From assembly GCA_964524645.1 (NCBI GenBank), contig CAZGEC010000023.1, positions 618 through 64,617 on the forward strand: DNA of 64,000 nt. The letters run 5' to 3'. Made by a program: the position numbers and the translations under genes. Below, piece after piece: positions 17,314-31,375 of the stretch. How positions within the stretch are numbered: the stretch's first letter is position 1; every line of letters begins with the position of its first letter. The notes under the pieces were generated by a model, which saw only the letters and a program-made list of their open reading frames with translations, searched no databases and was not told the origin of the DNA. The DNA is from an uncultured Fibrobacteraceae bacterium. Its GTDB lineage: Bacteria; Krumholzibacteriota; Krumholzibacteriia; LZORAL124-64-63.

Positions 17314-18465
17314 ATGTTTGAGAAGGCGTTGAGCGGAAGCCGGGGCTACTGGACCTGGGTCGTGTTCCTGCTGGCGGTGATCGGCGTGGGCTTTCTCATG
17401 TACCTGCGCCAGCTCGCGGTAGGCCTGGGCATCACCGGCATGAGCCGCGACGTGACCTGGGGTCTCTACATCGCGCAGTTCACCTTCCTGGTCGGCGTGG
17501 CCGCCTCGGCGGTCATGGTGGTCCTGCCCTACTACCTGCACAACTACAAGCTGTTCGGCAAGATGACCATCCTGGGCGAGTTCCTGGCCATCGCCGCCGT
17601 CATCATGTGCCTGATGTTCGTCTTCGTGGACATGGGCCAGCCGTTCCGGGTGATGAACGTGATCCTGCACCCGTCGCCGCGCTCGGTGATGTTCTGGGAC
17701 ATGGTGGTCTGCATGGGCTACCTGATCCTGAACGTGCTGATCTCGCGCGTCTCGCTGGACTCCGAGCGCAAGGGCATCGCCCCTCCGAGGTGGATCAAGC
17801 CGTTCATCATCATCTCGATCCCCTGGGCCATCAGCATCCATACGGTGACGGCGTTCCTGTACAGCGGCCTGGCGGCCCGCCCCTTCTGGCTGACGGCCAT
17901 CATGACCCCCCGCTTCCTGGCCACGGCGTTCGCGGCCGGTCCGGCCTTCCTGCTGCTCATCTGCTTCCTGCTGCGCCGCATCAGCCGCTTCGACGTGGGC
18001 GACGAGCCGATCCGCAAGCTGGCGATCATCATCACCTACGCCATGGCGGCCAACCTGTTCTTCCTGCTGCTGGAGATCTTCACCGCCTACTACAGCGGCA
18101 TGAGCGAGCACACGGTGCACTTCAACTACCTGTTCTTCGGCCTGGGAGAGGCCCGGCGGCTGGTCCCGTGGATGTGGGTCTCGGTGACGCTGGGGGCGCT
18201 TTCTTTGCTGCTGTTGTTCGTGCCGAAGTGGCGCAACAACCTGCGGATCCTCCCCTGGACCTGCGCGCTCATCTTCGTCTCCATCTGGATCGACAAGGGC
18301 ATGGGCCTGGTGATCGCCGGCTTCGTGCCCAGCGTCCTGAACCAGGTGACCGAGTACAGCCCGACGGGGCCCGAGGTCCTCATCAGCCTCGCGGTCTGGG
18401 CCATCGGTCTGCTGATCCTGACGGTCCTCTACAAGATCGCCCTCACGGTGCGCCGGCAGGTCTAG
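17314..18465 (+). CDS. dsrP: DsrP, NrfD/PsrC-like membrane subunit
   Basis: GMSRDVTWGLYI, DMGQP.R, SIHTVTAFL, WIDKG. Confidence 0.92.
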   Translation: MFEKALSGSRGYWTWVVFLLAVIGVGFLMYLRQLAVGLGITGMSRDVTWGLYIAQFTFLVGVAASAVMVVLPYYLHNYKLFGKMTILGEFLAIAAVIMCLMFVFVDMGQPFRVMNVILHPSPRSVMFWDMVVCMGYLILNVLISRVSLDSERKGIAPPRWIKPFIIISIPWAISIHTVTAFLYSGLAARPFWLTAIMTPRFLATAFAAGPAFLLLICFLLRRISRFDVGDEPIRKLAIIITYAMAANLFFLLLEIFTAYYSGMSEHTVHFNYLFFGLGEARRLVPWMWVSVTLGALSLLLLFVPKWRNNLRILPWTCALIFVSIWIDKGMGLVIAGFVPSVLNQVTEYSPTGPEVLISLAVWAIGLLILTVLYKIALTVRRQV

Positions 18466-18555
18466 CGGGAAGCGTGGAGGCCGGCCGCCGCAGCCTGCGG
18501 CCGACCCACCCCGGATGGGAGAATGTACGGGTCGGCCACATGAGGCCGGCCCTTC

Positions 18556-18571
18556 GTTCATCCGGGTGAAC
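18556..18571. repeat. Dispersed 16 bp near-palindrome GTTCATCCGGGTGAAC (copy 1 of 5)
   Basis: Identical to 48568..48583 and the reverse complement of 56652..56667; 18544..18571 matches 48556..48583 at 26/28 positions. Confidence 0.8.
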
Positions 18572-18638
18572 GCGTGGCCGGAATCGTGACCCGAGCGGTG
18601 GGCGTTGACTGCAGGGCCTGGCTGCAGGGCCGATTTGC

Positions 18639-18677
18639 GAGGCCGATCCGTGAGGCCGATCCGTGAGGCCGATCCGC
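18639..18677. repeat. Tandem repeat, 13 bp unit GAGGCCGATCCGT x3 (last base of the third copy differs)
   Basis: Read directly between the convergent dsrP and M28 peptidase genes. Confidence 0.85.
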
Positions 18678-18678
18678 T

Positions 18679-20169
18679 TCACTTCACGTAGCTGATCTTG
18701 AGGGCCGGTGCGGCGGGATATGCCGGCAGGCGAGCGAAGTAGACTCCCGAGGCCAGCGGGGCGCCGGTGTGGTCCCGCGCGTCCCAGCTCCAGACACCGT
18801 GCCCGGCCTGCAGCGCAACCGTGCCCGAGCCGACGCGCCGGCCGCGTGCATCGCAGATCTCCAGCTGCACCGCGGACGTTCCCGGCGGCCCGTCCACCGA
18901 CAGGCTGACCCGGCCGTTGAAGGGATTGGGGCGGGCGGCGAGGCTGTAGCTCGCGACGGCCGGCGGCGCATCGCCCGCGCCGTTCAAGCCCGCGGCCGGG
19001 CGGGCCAGCGTGGCCAGGGCCGCCACCAGCACCTTCACCGAGCCCACCGCGAAGTCGGGATCGACGTGCGCCAGGACGTCCTGCGTCGAATGGTAGTAGG
19101 GATTGAAGTCGGGATCCCACCAGTCCCAGGCCTCCTCGTGGTTGATGGCGGGGTAGCCCTCCCCCCAGAACGAGGCGTGATCCCCCCACCAGGCACCGTC
19201 GTCCACGTGCAGGATGTACGGCATGTCGGTGTAGAGGTCGGCCGCGGCGGTGACGAGGTCGGCCAGCCAGACCGAAGCCTGGTTGCTCTCGATCTCCAGG
19301 TCGAACGGCACGCCGGACGTCCAGTAGCCCAGCATGTCACCGTTCAGGACGCCCGCGATGGGCATGCCGCGGCTCCGCGCATAGGCGGCGTAGGCGGCGC
19401 TCCCTTCCAGCCCCTGCTCCTCTCCCGCGAAGCAGATGTAGCGGACCGAGTACTTGAAGGGGTGCTGCGAGAGGATCTCGGCGGCCGCCAGGACCGCGGC
19501 CGTGCCGCTGGCGTTGTCGTCGGCGCCGGGGGCCGAGACGTAGGGATCGCCGGAAATCGAATCGTAGTGCCCGCAGATCACGAAGAACGAGTCCGCATGC
19601 ACGGTGCCGGTCTGCGTGGCGACCACGTTGAGCATCGCGTTGCCGTCGAGAGTGAAGGTGTGGTCGTCCGCCGTCAGGCCCAGGCCGGCGAAGAAGGCCT
19701 GCAGGCTCTCGGCGGCGGCGTCGCACTGGGGGCTGTAGCTGTAGCGCGTGCCGAAGGCCTGGAGCCAGGCGATCTTCTGCGAGAGGCCGGTCCAGCTCAC
19801 CTGGTCCACCAGGGCCTGGATCGCCGGATCGGCCGCCTTGGCCGGAACGGCCGGCATGGCCCCCCGCGAGGATCCGGCAGGCGTGGCGGGCGGCGCCGCG
19901 CCCGGGTCGATCCAGGCGATCTGGCAGCCGCGGCGGGCCAGCTCCTCCACGGCGGCCCGCGGGCCGGAGACCAGCCACCGACCCTCGCCGCCCGCGAGAA
20001 CGGTCACCCCGGGCACGGCCGGCAGCTCACCGGCGGTTCGCACGAGGCAGACCCGGGCGGGCAGCTCCGCCGCGGCGAGGCCGAACTGCACCAGAGCCGG
20101 ATGCTCCCGCGCGAGCGCGTTGGTCGTCAGGACGGCGATAAGGAGGCAGGCCGGGGCGGCGAAGCGCAT
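18679..20169 (-). CDS. M28 family aminopeptidase with FlgD-Ig/T9SS-like C-terminal domain
   Basis: Signal peptide; GHYDS, GADDNASG, GEEQGL.GS, GDMLG, DHASFW, YYHS; PNPFN...SGVYFARL C-terminal domain. Confidence 0.85.
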   Translation of the reverse strand: MRFAAPACLLIAVLTTNALAREHPALVQFGLAAAELPARVCLVRTAGELPAVPGVTVLAGGEGRWLVSGPRAAVEELARRGCQIAWIDPGAAPPATPAGSSRGAMPAVPAKAADPAIQALVDQVSWTGLSQKIAWLQAFGTRYSYSPQCDAAAESLQAFFAGLGLTADDHTFTLDGNAMLNVVATQTGTVHADSFFVICGHYDSISGDPYVSAPGADDNASGTAAVLAAAEILSQHPFKYSVRYICFAGEEQGLEGSAAYAAYARSRGMPIAGVLNGDMLGYWTSGVPFDLEIESNQASVWLADLVTAAADLYTDMPYILHVDDGAWWGDHASFWGEGYPAINHEEAWDWWDPDFNPYYHSTQDVLAHVDPDFAVGSVKVLVAALATLARPAAGLNGAGDAPPAVASYSLAARPNPFNGRVSLSVDGPPGTSAVQLEICDARGRRVGSGTVALQAGHGVWSWDARDHTGAPLASGVYFARLPAYPAAPALKISYVK

Positions 20170-20266
20170 GGTGGTCTCCCGGAGATGTACAGTCCGTGGT
20201 GTGCGACCACGCTCATGATAGCACCGGCGAGCGCGGAGGGACAGGGGCGATCGGCGCCGGCCGCGG

Positions 20267-21259
20267 TCAGCGTTTCTTGCGGGGACGCTTCGGCGGATCC
20301 GGAGCACTCGCCTCCTGCGGGGAAGGCTCCTGTTCCGCCGCTCCTGGCTCGTCCTCGTCCGTGACGGTCTGACCGTAGAGGTTCTCCGCCGGGGGGCGGC
20401 CGCGTCGTTCCAGCGAGACGAAGCACTCCCGGTAGTTCGGCCGGTTGCTGCGGTTGCAGGCGATGAGCGCCTGCACCACCTCCCAGCTCAGCTTGTCCTG
20501 GGCGGCGAGATCGGTCAGCTCCTCGAGGGCGGTGCGGTTGTCGAATGACTCGTTGCGATAGGGACGCGGGGAGAGCAGCGCGTCATAGATGTCGCTGGCC
20601 GCCACGATCTCGACCATGCGATCGAACTGACGGATCCCCTGGGGATAACCGGACCCGTCCCGCTTCTCGTGATGGTCGCGCGCCACCAGCGCGGGGAGGT
20701 TGCGGCGGTTCTGGAAATGATGGATGAGCAGCACGTACCCGGCGGCGGCGTGGTGCTGCAGGTGCAGCCGTTCCTGCGTGGTCAACGGCGAGGTCTTCTG
20801 CAGGACCTCCAGAGGAACGCAGATCTTGCCGAAGTCGTGCGTGGGGCCGGCCATCGCTTCCTGGATCATGTCCTTGTGGTCGGTCACCAGCTCCTGGGCC
20901 AGGCGCGTGGCCACGGCGAAGACCAGCAGGATGTGGCGGTAGGTGTAGAAGTCCCGCGCCCGGAAGTAGTCCAGGGAGCGCAGCACCGCCGGCGGCACCT
21001 CCACCTGCTTCATCAACGCCTGCACCGAGGAGCGTACCGTAGCGTCGGAGAAGATCTCCTGGTAGGGAGATCGCTCCATGAAGACCTCGAGATCGCCGGC
21101 TATGCTCCCGTGCCGCAGCAGCGGTCGCGCGGGGGGCGGCTCGTGCCGATGTCGCTCCAGCATCTCCTGCAGGGCGTCGTCGTCGACCGGCGTGCCGGCC
21201 ACCATGAGCGTCTTTCCGTCGAGGGTCTGCACGGGAAAGTCCAGCACGATCGGCTTCAT
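20267..21259 (-). CDS. HD-GYP domain protein (putative cyclic dinucleotide phosphodiesterase)
   Basis: HDFGK, HHEKRDGSGYP, DIYDAL..PRPYR. Confidence 0.85.
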   Translation of the reverse strand: MKPIVLDFPVQTLDGKTLMVAGTPVDDDALQEMLERHRHEPPPARPLLRHGSIAGDLEVFMERSPYQEIFSDATVRSSVQALMKQVEVPPAVLRSLDYFRARDFYTYRHILLVFAVATRLAQELVTDHKDMIQEAMAGPTHDFGKICVPLEVLQKTSPLTTQERLHLQHHAAAGYVLLIHHFQNRRNLPALVARDHHEKRDGSGYPQGIRQFDRMVEIVAASDIYDALLSPRPYRNESFDNRTALEELTDLAAQDKLSWEVVQALIACNRSNRPNYRECFVSLERRGRPPAENLYGQTVTDEDEPGAAEQEPSPQEASAPDPPKRPRKKR

Positions 21260-21650
21260 GGACGCGGCCTCCTCTGCAGACGGGCACGGTCAGCAGGACA
21301 CGAGGATGCGAGGAACGGCAGGACCTGCTGCGCCAGGGTGGAGCCATCAGGGCATAGCGATGCCAACAGGCGAACCATGTTCTCGGGCGAGATGGTTGGT
21401 ACCAGCTGGTGATCGATTATTCAGTGCCGAGTCTGGCCCTGGTCTTCACGGCTGTCAATCCCGTTTCTGCCACGTGGCGGCGGCGGCGGCCCTTTCGGTA
21501 TGGTGATGGTCCCGCGCCGCGGCCCGCGGTGGGATGCTGACAGCTGCTCTCGCGGCGTGTAGCATGGGGGCGTGCCCTAGGTCTCGGCCGCCGATGCCGA
21601 GCTGGCGGAGCGACTGCTCCATATCGTGAGCTGACCCCGGTGAATCGATC

Positions 21651-23348
21651 ATGCATCTTCAGCTGAGCCGCCGCGAACGCCGCAACCTGCTGCTGCTGGG
21701 TCTCGCGACCCTGCTCGCCCTCTATGCCGGCTGGCGGCTGTTCTGGTTCCTGACCGACGATGCCTACATCGCCTTTCGCTACGTCTCGAACAGCATGCTG
21801 GGGCACGGCTACGTCTGGAACCCCCCACCCTTCCGGCCCGTGGAGGGTTACACCAGCTTCCTCTGGATCCTGTTGCTGGACGGCGTATGGCGCCTGACCG
21901 GCCAGCCGCCTCCCGTCACGGCCAACATGCTGGCCCTGTTCCTGGCGGCCGGGACGCTGCTGCTCGGCGGGCTGATGATCCTGCGCCTGGAGCTGCCGCC
22001 CCAGCTGCGTCGCAACCGGGTCGCCCTGCTGGGTGTGGTATTGCTGGGCGTGCTGAGCAACCGGACCTTCCTGGCCTGGACCAGCTCTGGCCTGGAGACG
22101 GCGCTCTTCAACTTCTTGCTGATCCTTTGGATCTGGTGCGCCCTCTGCCTGCCGCTGCTCTCGCGCCGCTGGCTGCTGGGGATGAGCGCGGCGGCCGTCC
22201 TGCTGGACCTGACCCGACCCGATGGGCTGCTGTTCGTGGCGGCCACGCTGTTCCTGCTGCTCTGGGCCGTGCTGGCGCGCCGGCAACCGGCGGGTCTCGG
22301 CGACGAGCCGTCGCGGGCCGCGAGCCTCGCCGCCGGCGCTCCGCTGCTACTTGTGCCCGCCCATCTGCTGTGGCGCCACGGCATCTACGGCGCGTGGCTG
22401 CCCAACACCTACCATGCCAAGGCGGCCCTGCACCGCATCTGGCCGGCCAGCGGCCTGCGCTACCTGGGTTCCTTCGTGCTGGAGTACGCGCTCTGGGTCT
22501 GGCTGGCGCTGGCCGCCTGGTGGGCGTGGCGCTGGCTGCGGACCGGGGATCCGCGGCACGCCGATCCGGAGGACGCGCGGACCGCGCGCCGGCGGCGGCT
22601 GCTGGCAGTGGTGGTCGTCGGGATCCTGCTGGCCCATCTCGCCTACTACACGCTGGTGATCGGGGGCGATCACTTCGAGTACCGCGTCTACAGCCATCTG
22701 TTCCTGCTGCTCGCCGTGGCCGCGGTCTGGATGCTGGGCCGCTTGCGGGTGCATCCCCGGACCGCCCTCGCCGTGCTGATGGCCTGGTTCCTGCTCTCCT
22801 GGCCCATCCCCTGGGCTCACTGGGTGCGGACCCATCGTCTTGCGACGCGCGAGGAGACCCGCTTCCTCGCGATGCCCGTGGCCCCGGTCCTGGAGGCGCG
22901 CCTGCCCCGGCCGCTGCGCTGGGCGGCCGCTCCCTGGCGCGGCTTCGATCGCTGGCAGGGCTGGCTGATCGACCACGCCGTCTGCATGCGCCACCAGGAG
23001 CACAAGATCTTCCACGAGTTCCTGGTGCGGCATACGCCAGCCCGCGGCGCGACGCCGGTCGACAGCCTGCCGGGCTGCGTGCCGGTCCGGGCCGCCAAGG
23101 AGGTGGGCTACTTGTCCTGGGTGCTGCCGGGGGTCGACATCATCGACATGCTGGGGCTGAACGACTGGGTCATCGCCCGCAATCCCGAGCTGCACGAGCG
23201 GCACCTCATGGGTCACGAGCGGCAGGCGCCCCCCGGCTACCTGGAGTGCTTCGATCCCGCGCTGGCCACGACGCCGCGGATCGTCCAGGTGCCGGAGGAG
23301 CGGGTGCGGGAGTGCGAGCGCCGCTTCGCCGCATCGGCGGGCCAATGA
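21651..23348 (+). CDS. Polytopic membrane protein, GT-C-fold glycosyltransferase-like
   Basis: TDDAYIAFRY, VEGYTS, SGLET, TRPDG, WLPNTY.AK, GGDHF, DMLGLND; many TM helices. Confidence 0.65.
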   Translation: MHLQLSRRERRNLLLLGLATLLALYAGWRLFWFLTDDAYIAFRYVSNSMLGHGYVWNPPPFRPVEGYTSFLWILLLDGVWRLTGQPPPVTANMLALFLAAGTLLLGGLMILRLELPPQLRRNRVALLGVVLLGVLSNRTFLAWTSSGLETALFNFLLILWIWCALCLPLLSRRWLLGMSAAAVLLDLTRPDGLLFVAATLFLLLWAVLARRQPAGLGDEPSRAASLAAGAPLLLVPAHLLWRHGIYGAWLPNTYHAKAALHRIWPASGLRYLGSFVLEYALWVWLALAAWWAWRWLRTGDPRHADPEDARTARRRRLLAVVVVGILLAHLAYYTLVIGGDHFEYRVYSHLFLLLAVAAVWMLGRLRVHPRTALAVLMAWFLLSWPIPWAHWVRTHRLATREETRFLAMPVAPVLEARLPRPLRWAAAPWRGFDRWQGWLIDHAVCMRHQEHKIFHEFLVRHTPARGATPVDSLPGCVPVRAAKEVGYLSWVLPGVDIIDMLGLNDWVIARNPELHERHLMGHERQAPPGYLECFDPALATTPRIVQVPEERVRECERRFAASAGQ

Positions 23349-23396
23349 AACGGGGGGCCGGCGCGCGGGCGGCCTCCCGCGCGCCGGAAGCCGCGG

Positions 23397-25037
23397 CTAG
23401 TAGGACAGCTCGGTCTGCAGGCTGTCGGCCGGCTGGGCGGGCAGCCGGAAGCGGTCCGGGCGCAACCGCAGCACGTCGCGCAGCCAAGCCTCCGGGTAGC
23501 CCACTTCCCGGGGGCGACCTTCCTCGTCCTTGACGTAGCCGTCGTTGTACTTGGTGAGCAGGTCCTCGCCCAGCTGGCGCCAGCGGCCGACCACCGCCTC
23601 GGCGTGGTGCACCGAGTAGTCGGTCAGGTAACGCGTCATGAGGGCGGGATCGTCGTCGGCCAGCTCGGCGGCGGTCTTCTCGACCGCGGGCTGGAGAGCG
23701 AGCAGCTCGCCCTCCTGCGCCGCCTGCACCGCCCGGATGTCCTCGATCATGTAGCTGTACTTCAAACAGGCCAGGTTGGCCACGAAGTTGAAGGTCCACC
23801 AGGCCGAGTCCCAGGAGAAGCGCTGCAGGCTGCCGGTGGTGTAGGAGGGCGGCAGGGCGTCGATGCCGCAGTAGAGGGGTATGTAGCAGCAGGTGTAGGT
23901 GTCGTCCACGCCGTACCAGCTCACCCCGCCGACGGCATCCGGCAGCCAGGCGCGGGACTGGCAGATCATGGAGTAGCCGGTCTGCTGGGTGGAGATGGGG
24001 CGCTCCCACGTGTAGTCCGCCCCGTCCACGTTCCAGGTCATGGGCCGCCAGCGGTTGGGATTGGCGAAGGGACCGGCGTCCACGCCGCGGGTCATGTCCA
24101 GCTCGGTGCCCTCGTAGTGGTCGCGCATGAGGGCGAAGACCTCGCGCAGGGACAGCTGGTGATCCGGCTCGATCCAGAGCGGATAGGGCTCGGCGCCGGG
24201 CTCGCCGCGGTTGTAGTCCAGGGGCCAGTCGCGCGAGGGGGCGCAGCGGCGGAACAGGCTCCAGACCCGGGTGGCGGTGTAGCGCAGCTTCTGGGGGGTT
24301 GCGGGATGGAAGGCCTCGCGCCAGCTGAACGGCCGCCCGCCGGCCGGATCGTAGTAGCCCCGGGCCGTGGCGAACTCGATCAGGCCGGGGGAGTAGAGGC
24401 AGTTCTTGGGATCCTTGAGCGGGAAGGTCCCGATGCGGCCCAGGTTGGCGTAGGCGCAGACCGCGCCGTCGGGCACGCGCAGGGCCACCCAGTTGGCGCC
24501 CCTCCCGCCGGGGCCGGGGCCGATCATCTCCATGATCCAGGCTTCCCGCGGATCGCCGATGGCGAAGGACTCGGCGGTGCTGCGATAGCCGTACTCGGCC
24601 ACGAGCTGCCCCATGACCTCCACGGCCTCCCGCGCCGTCCGCGCCCGCTGCAGCGTCAACCGCATCAGGTGCCAGTAGTGGAGCAGGCCCTCGGGATTCT
24701 GCAGCTCCTCGCGCCCGTCGGTGGTCGTCTCGGCGATCGTCACCTGGTGCTCGTTCATCAGGTTCACCACGGCGTAGGTGTGGGCCGGCTGCTTGACGCG
24801 GCCGAGCACGTGGCCGGACCAGTCCTGGATCTCGTACCAGTCGTCCGGTCCGTGGTCGGCGGCGGGCAGGGAGCGCAGGATGGGATGGAACTCGCCGTCG
24901 CAGGTGTAGGTCACGATGACCGAGCCGTCCTCCGACGCTCCTTTCGTCACGACGAAGTTGGTGCAGGCGAGGGCGCCGGAGGCGAGGATGAGGCCGCCAC
25001 CGACGGCCGCGAGCAGGCACAGGAGGGGGCGCCGCAT
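23397..25037 (-). CDS. C69 family dipeptidase (Ntn-hydrolase)
   Basis: Signal peptide ending at ACTNFVV (N-terminal Cys nucleophile), MNEHQV.IAETT, RVW, WERPI. Confidence 0.85.
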   Translation of the reverse strand: MRRPLLCLLAAVGGGLILASGALACTNFVVTKGASEDGSVIVTYTCDGEFHPILRSLPAADHGPDDWYEIQDWSGHVLGRVKQPAHTYAVVNLMNEHQVTIAETTTDGREELQNPEGLLHYWHLMRLTLQRARTAREAVEVMGQLVAEYGYRSTAESFAIGDPREAWIMEMIGPGPGGRGANWVALRVPDGAVCAYANLGRIGTFPLKDPKNCLYSPGLIEFATARGYYDPAGGRPFSWREAFHPATPQKLRYTATRVWSLFRRCAPSRDWPLDYNRGEPGAEPYPLWIEPDHQLSLREVFALMRDHYEGTELDMTRGVDAGPFANPNRWRPMTWNVDGADYTWERPISTQQTGYSMICQSRAWLPDAVGGVSWYGVDDTYTCCYIPLYCGIDALPPSYTTGSLQRFSWDSAWWTFNFVANLACLKYSYMIEDIRAVQAAQEGELLALQPAVEKTAAELADDDPALMTRYLTDYSVHHAEAVVGRWRQLGEDLLTKYNDGYVKDEEGRPREVGYPEAWLRDVLRLRPDRFRLPAQPADSLQTELSY

Positions 25038-25139
25038 GGGAAGGTTCCTTTCGTCACGGGAGAGTTCTGGTCGCAGCAGGCCGGCCGGTCGGCTGCCGAC
25101 CGGGGAAGCGTAGCGCCGCAGATGGCGGCTGTCAAAGGG

Positions 25140-25180
25140 GGGCCGGATGCCGGTGGGCGTATCGGTGCGGCATCCGGCCC
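25140..25180 (-). terminator. 13 bp-stem hairpin downstream of the 25188 gene
   Basis: GGGCCGGATGCCG (25140..25152) / CGGCATCCGGCCC (25168..25180); only a short T run follows on the minus strand. Confidence 0.5.
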
Positions 25181-25187
25181 TCCGGCA

Positions 25188-25937
25188 TCATCGGTAGAGC
25201 TGCTTGACCTGGCCCCAGCTGTGCTCCTCGGCCAGCAGGCTCCCGCTTGTCGAGACGAGCCGGAAGGTCCGGCCCAGGGGGATCAAGGGCTGCAGCTGGA
25301 CGATCCCCACCCCCTCGCTGTACCAGCGATCCAGGGCGGGACTGCTCTGCAGGCCCAGCCGGAAGGCCGGCTCGCGGCCCGCCGGGAGATCGACCTCCTC
25401 CACGCCCCTCACCGTGAAGGCGTACCTGACCGGCAGGCCGGCTCCGCTGCCCTCCAGATCGTCGTACTGGGTGGTGGTGCCGGCCCAGCTCTTGCCGGCT
25501 GCGAGCGGGAGGTCCACGTAGAGCAGGGGCGGGTCGTAGAGCACGGTCTCACCCGTGTCCAGACGCCGGTGGCCGTGCAGCAGCAGGTCGCCTTCGTCGT
25601 CACGGGAGCAGTACATCTCGTAGCGCAGGACGTCGCGGCGGGAGGCGACCTCGTGCTCCAGCACCGTGGCGATCCGTCCTCGCAGAAGGCGGGTGCCGGC
25701 GACGGTGACCGTGAGCACGGTCCCGGCTTCGTCCTGGTAGATCCACTGGCGGCCGGTCTCCAGCGGGCAGGGATCGCCGGCCAGGCCCGGGGTTGCGAGG
25801 CCGAGGAAGCAGAGAGCCAGGGAGGTGGCCAGGAAGAGGGCCCGCAGGGGCGCAGGATTCGCGGCTGGGAGCGGGGATCGCCGCGCCCGATCGCTCGCGG
25901 CGGGGAGGAATCCGGGTCGGCGTGATGGGTAGCGCAT
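25188..25937 (-). CDS. Secreted beta-rich protein with C-terminal SWGQVKQLYR motif
   Basis: RBS GAAAGGA; hydrophobic signal LFLATSLALCFLGLATPGLA; PLETG.QW.Y, LP.G...AF, WYSEGVGIV segments. Confidence 0.75.
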   Translation of the reverse strand: MRYPSRRPGFLPAASDRARRSPLPAANPAPLRALFLATSLALCFLGLATPGLAGDPCPLETGRQWIYQDEAGTVLTVTVAGTRLLRGRIATVLEHEVASRRDVLRYEMYCSRDDEGDLLLHGHRRLDTGETVLYDPPLLYVDLPLAAGKSWAGTTTQYDDLEGSGAGLPVRYAFTVRGVEEVDLPAGREPAFRLGLQSSPALDRWYSEGVGIVQLQPLIPLGRTFRLVSTSGSLLAEEHSWGQVKQLYR

Positions 25938-26434
25938 GGCATGTCCTTTCGCACGGTCCGCGCTGCTGCCGGGCAGCGGTCAGGTCGAGCGAGCCGAGGG
26001 ATCCCGGACTAGCCATGGTGTGTCGGCGCATCCCTCCTCTCCACAGGGGCGGGCGGGTGAGCGGCGGCAAAGGCGACGGCGCCGGGGCAGGGGACGGTCA
26101 CCGTGGATGCGGGCGCGAGCCTGTGGCCCGCGCCGCAACGGCCAGCGCGCTCGACACGGAAAAGACCGGCGCCCGGCGCATCGCCGGAACCTGCCGCTCG
26201 TCGGTCCTGAAAAGCGATAACCTGGGGTGTGGGCGATCCTCCGGCGGTGCGCAGGGGGTGAGCCTGGGCCCTCATGATGAGCCCGGGTTATCTTTCCCGG
26301 GGTGAGTCTAGCAATCGCGCCGCGCGCGGTCAATGCCGCAGGTGGCGCCCTTGGTAGCGCCGCAGCGGGACGGCGGCCGATCGCCGCACCCCGCGGGGAT
26401 TGCGCTCGGCGCGCCATGGTCTATCCTGGAGGGC

Positions 26435-27415
<981 letters not shown>

Positions 27416-27462
27416 GCGATCCGACCCGGTGCGCGGGAGGGTTGTCGGTCCAGCGCTCCGGC

Positions 27463-27618
27463 TGCTATGCTCGCGGGGCGATCGTCCTTCGCCTGCGCCG
27501 ACGGTTGACGTCCCGCAGGTTCGGACTATCAATAGTAGGTGCTCACCAGCCGCGAGAATCCCGGTATCCTCGAAGCAGGAGCCGGCCGGGTGCGCTACCC
27601 GGCCGCAAGTGAGGGACG

Positions 27619-27621
<3 letters not shown>
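27463..27621 (+). ncRNA. Candidate cis-regulatory structured leader of metH, with an upstream extended -10 (TGCTATGCT, 27463..27471)
   Basis: 27481..27490 pairs over 10 bp with the SD/start region 27611..27620; internal stems 27492..27497/27514..27519 and 27584..27591/27597..27604. Confidence 0.45.
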
Positions 27622-31317
<3,696 letters not shown>

Positions 31318-31375
31318 GAATCGCCGGCGCGGCCACGGGCCACGCACCGACATCAGTCAGAGGGGTCGCGATCGC

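Noticed and set aside
25600-26031. Minus-strand ORF with a strong SD (GAGGAGGG) overlapping the 25188 gene out of frame
   Set aside because: The translation is low-complexity shadow sequence; the in-frame gene has its own RBS
27526-27546. SAM-I riboswitch from CTATCAATAGTAGGTG resembling TTATCAAGAG-AGGTGG
   Set aside because: No kink-turn GGAGGGA and no GCAACC...GGTGC P3 in the right order; not assignable to SAM-I
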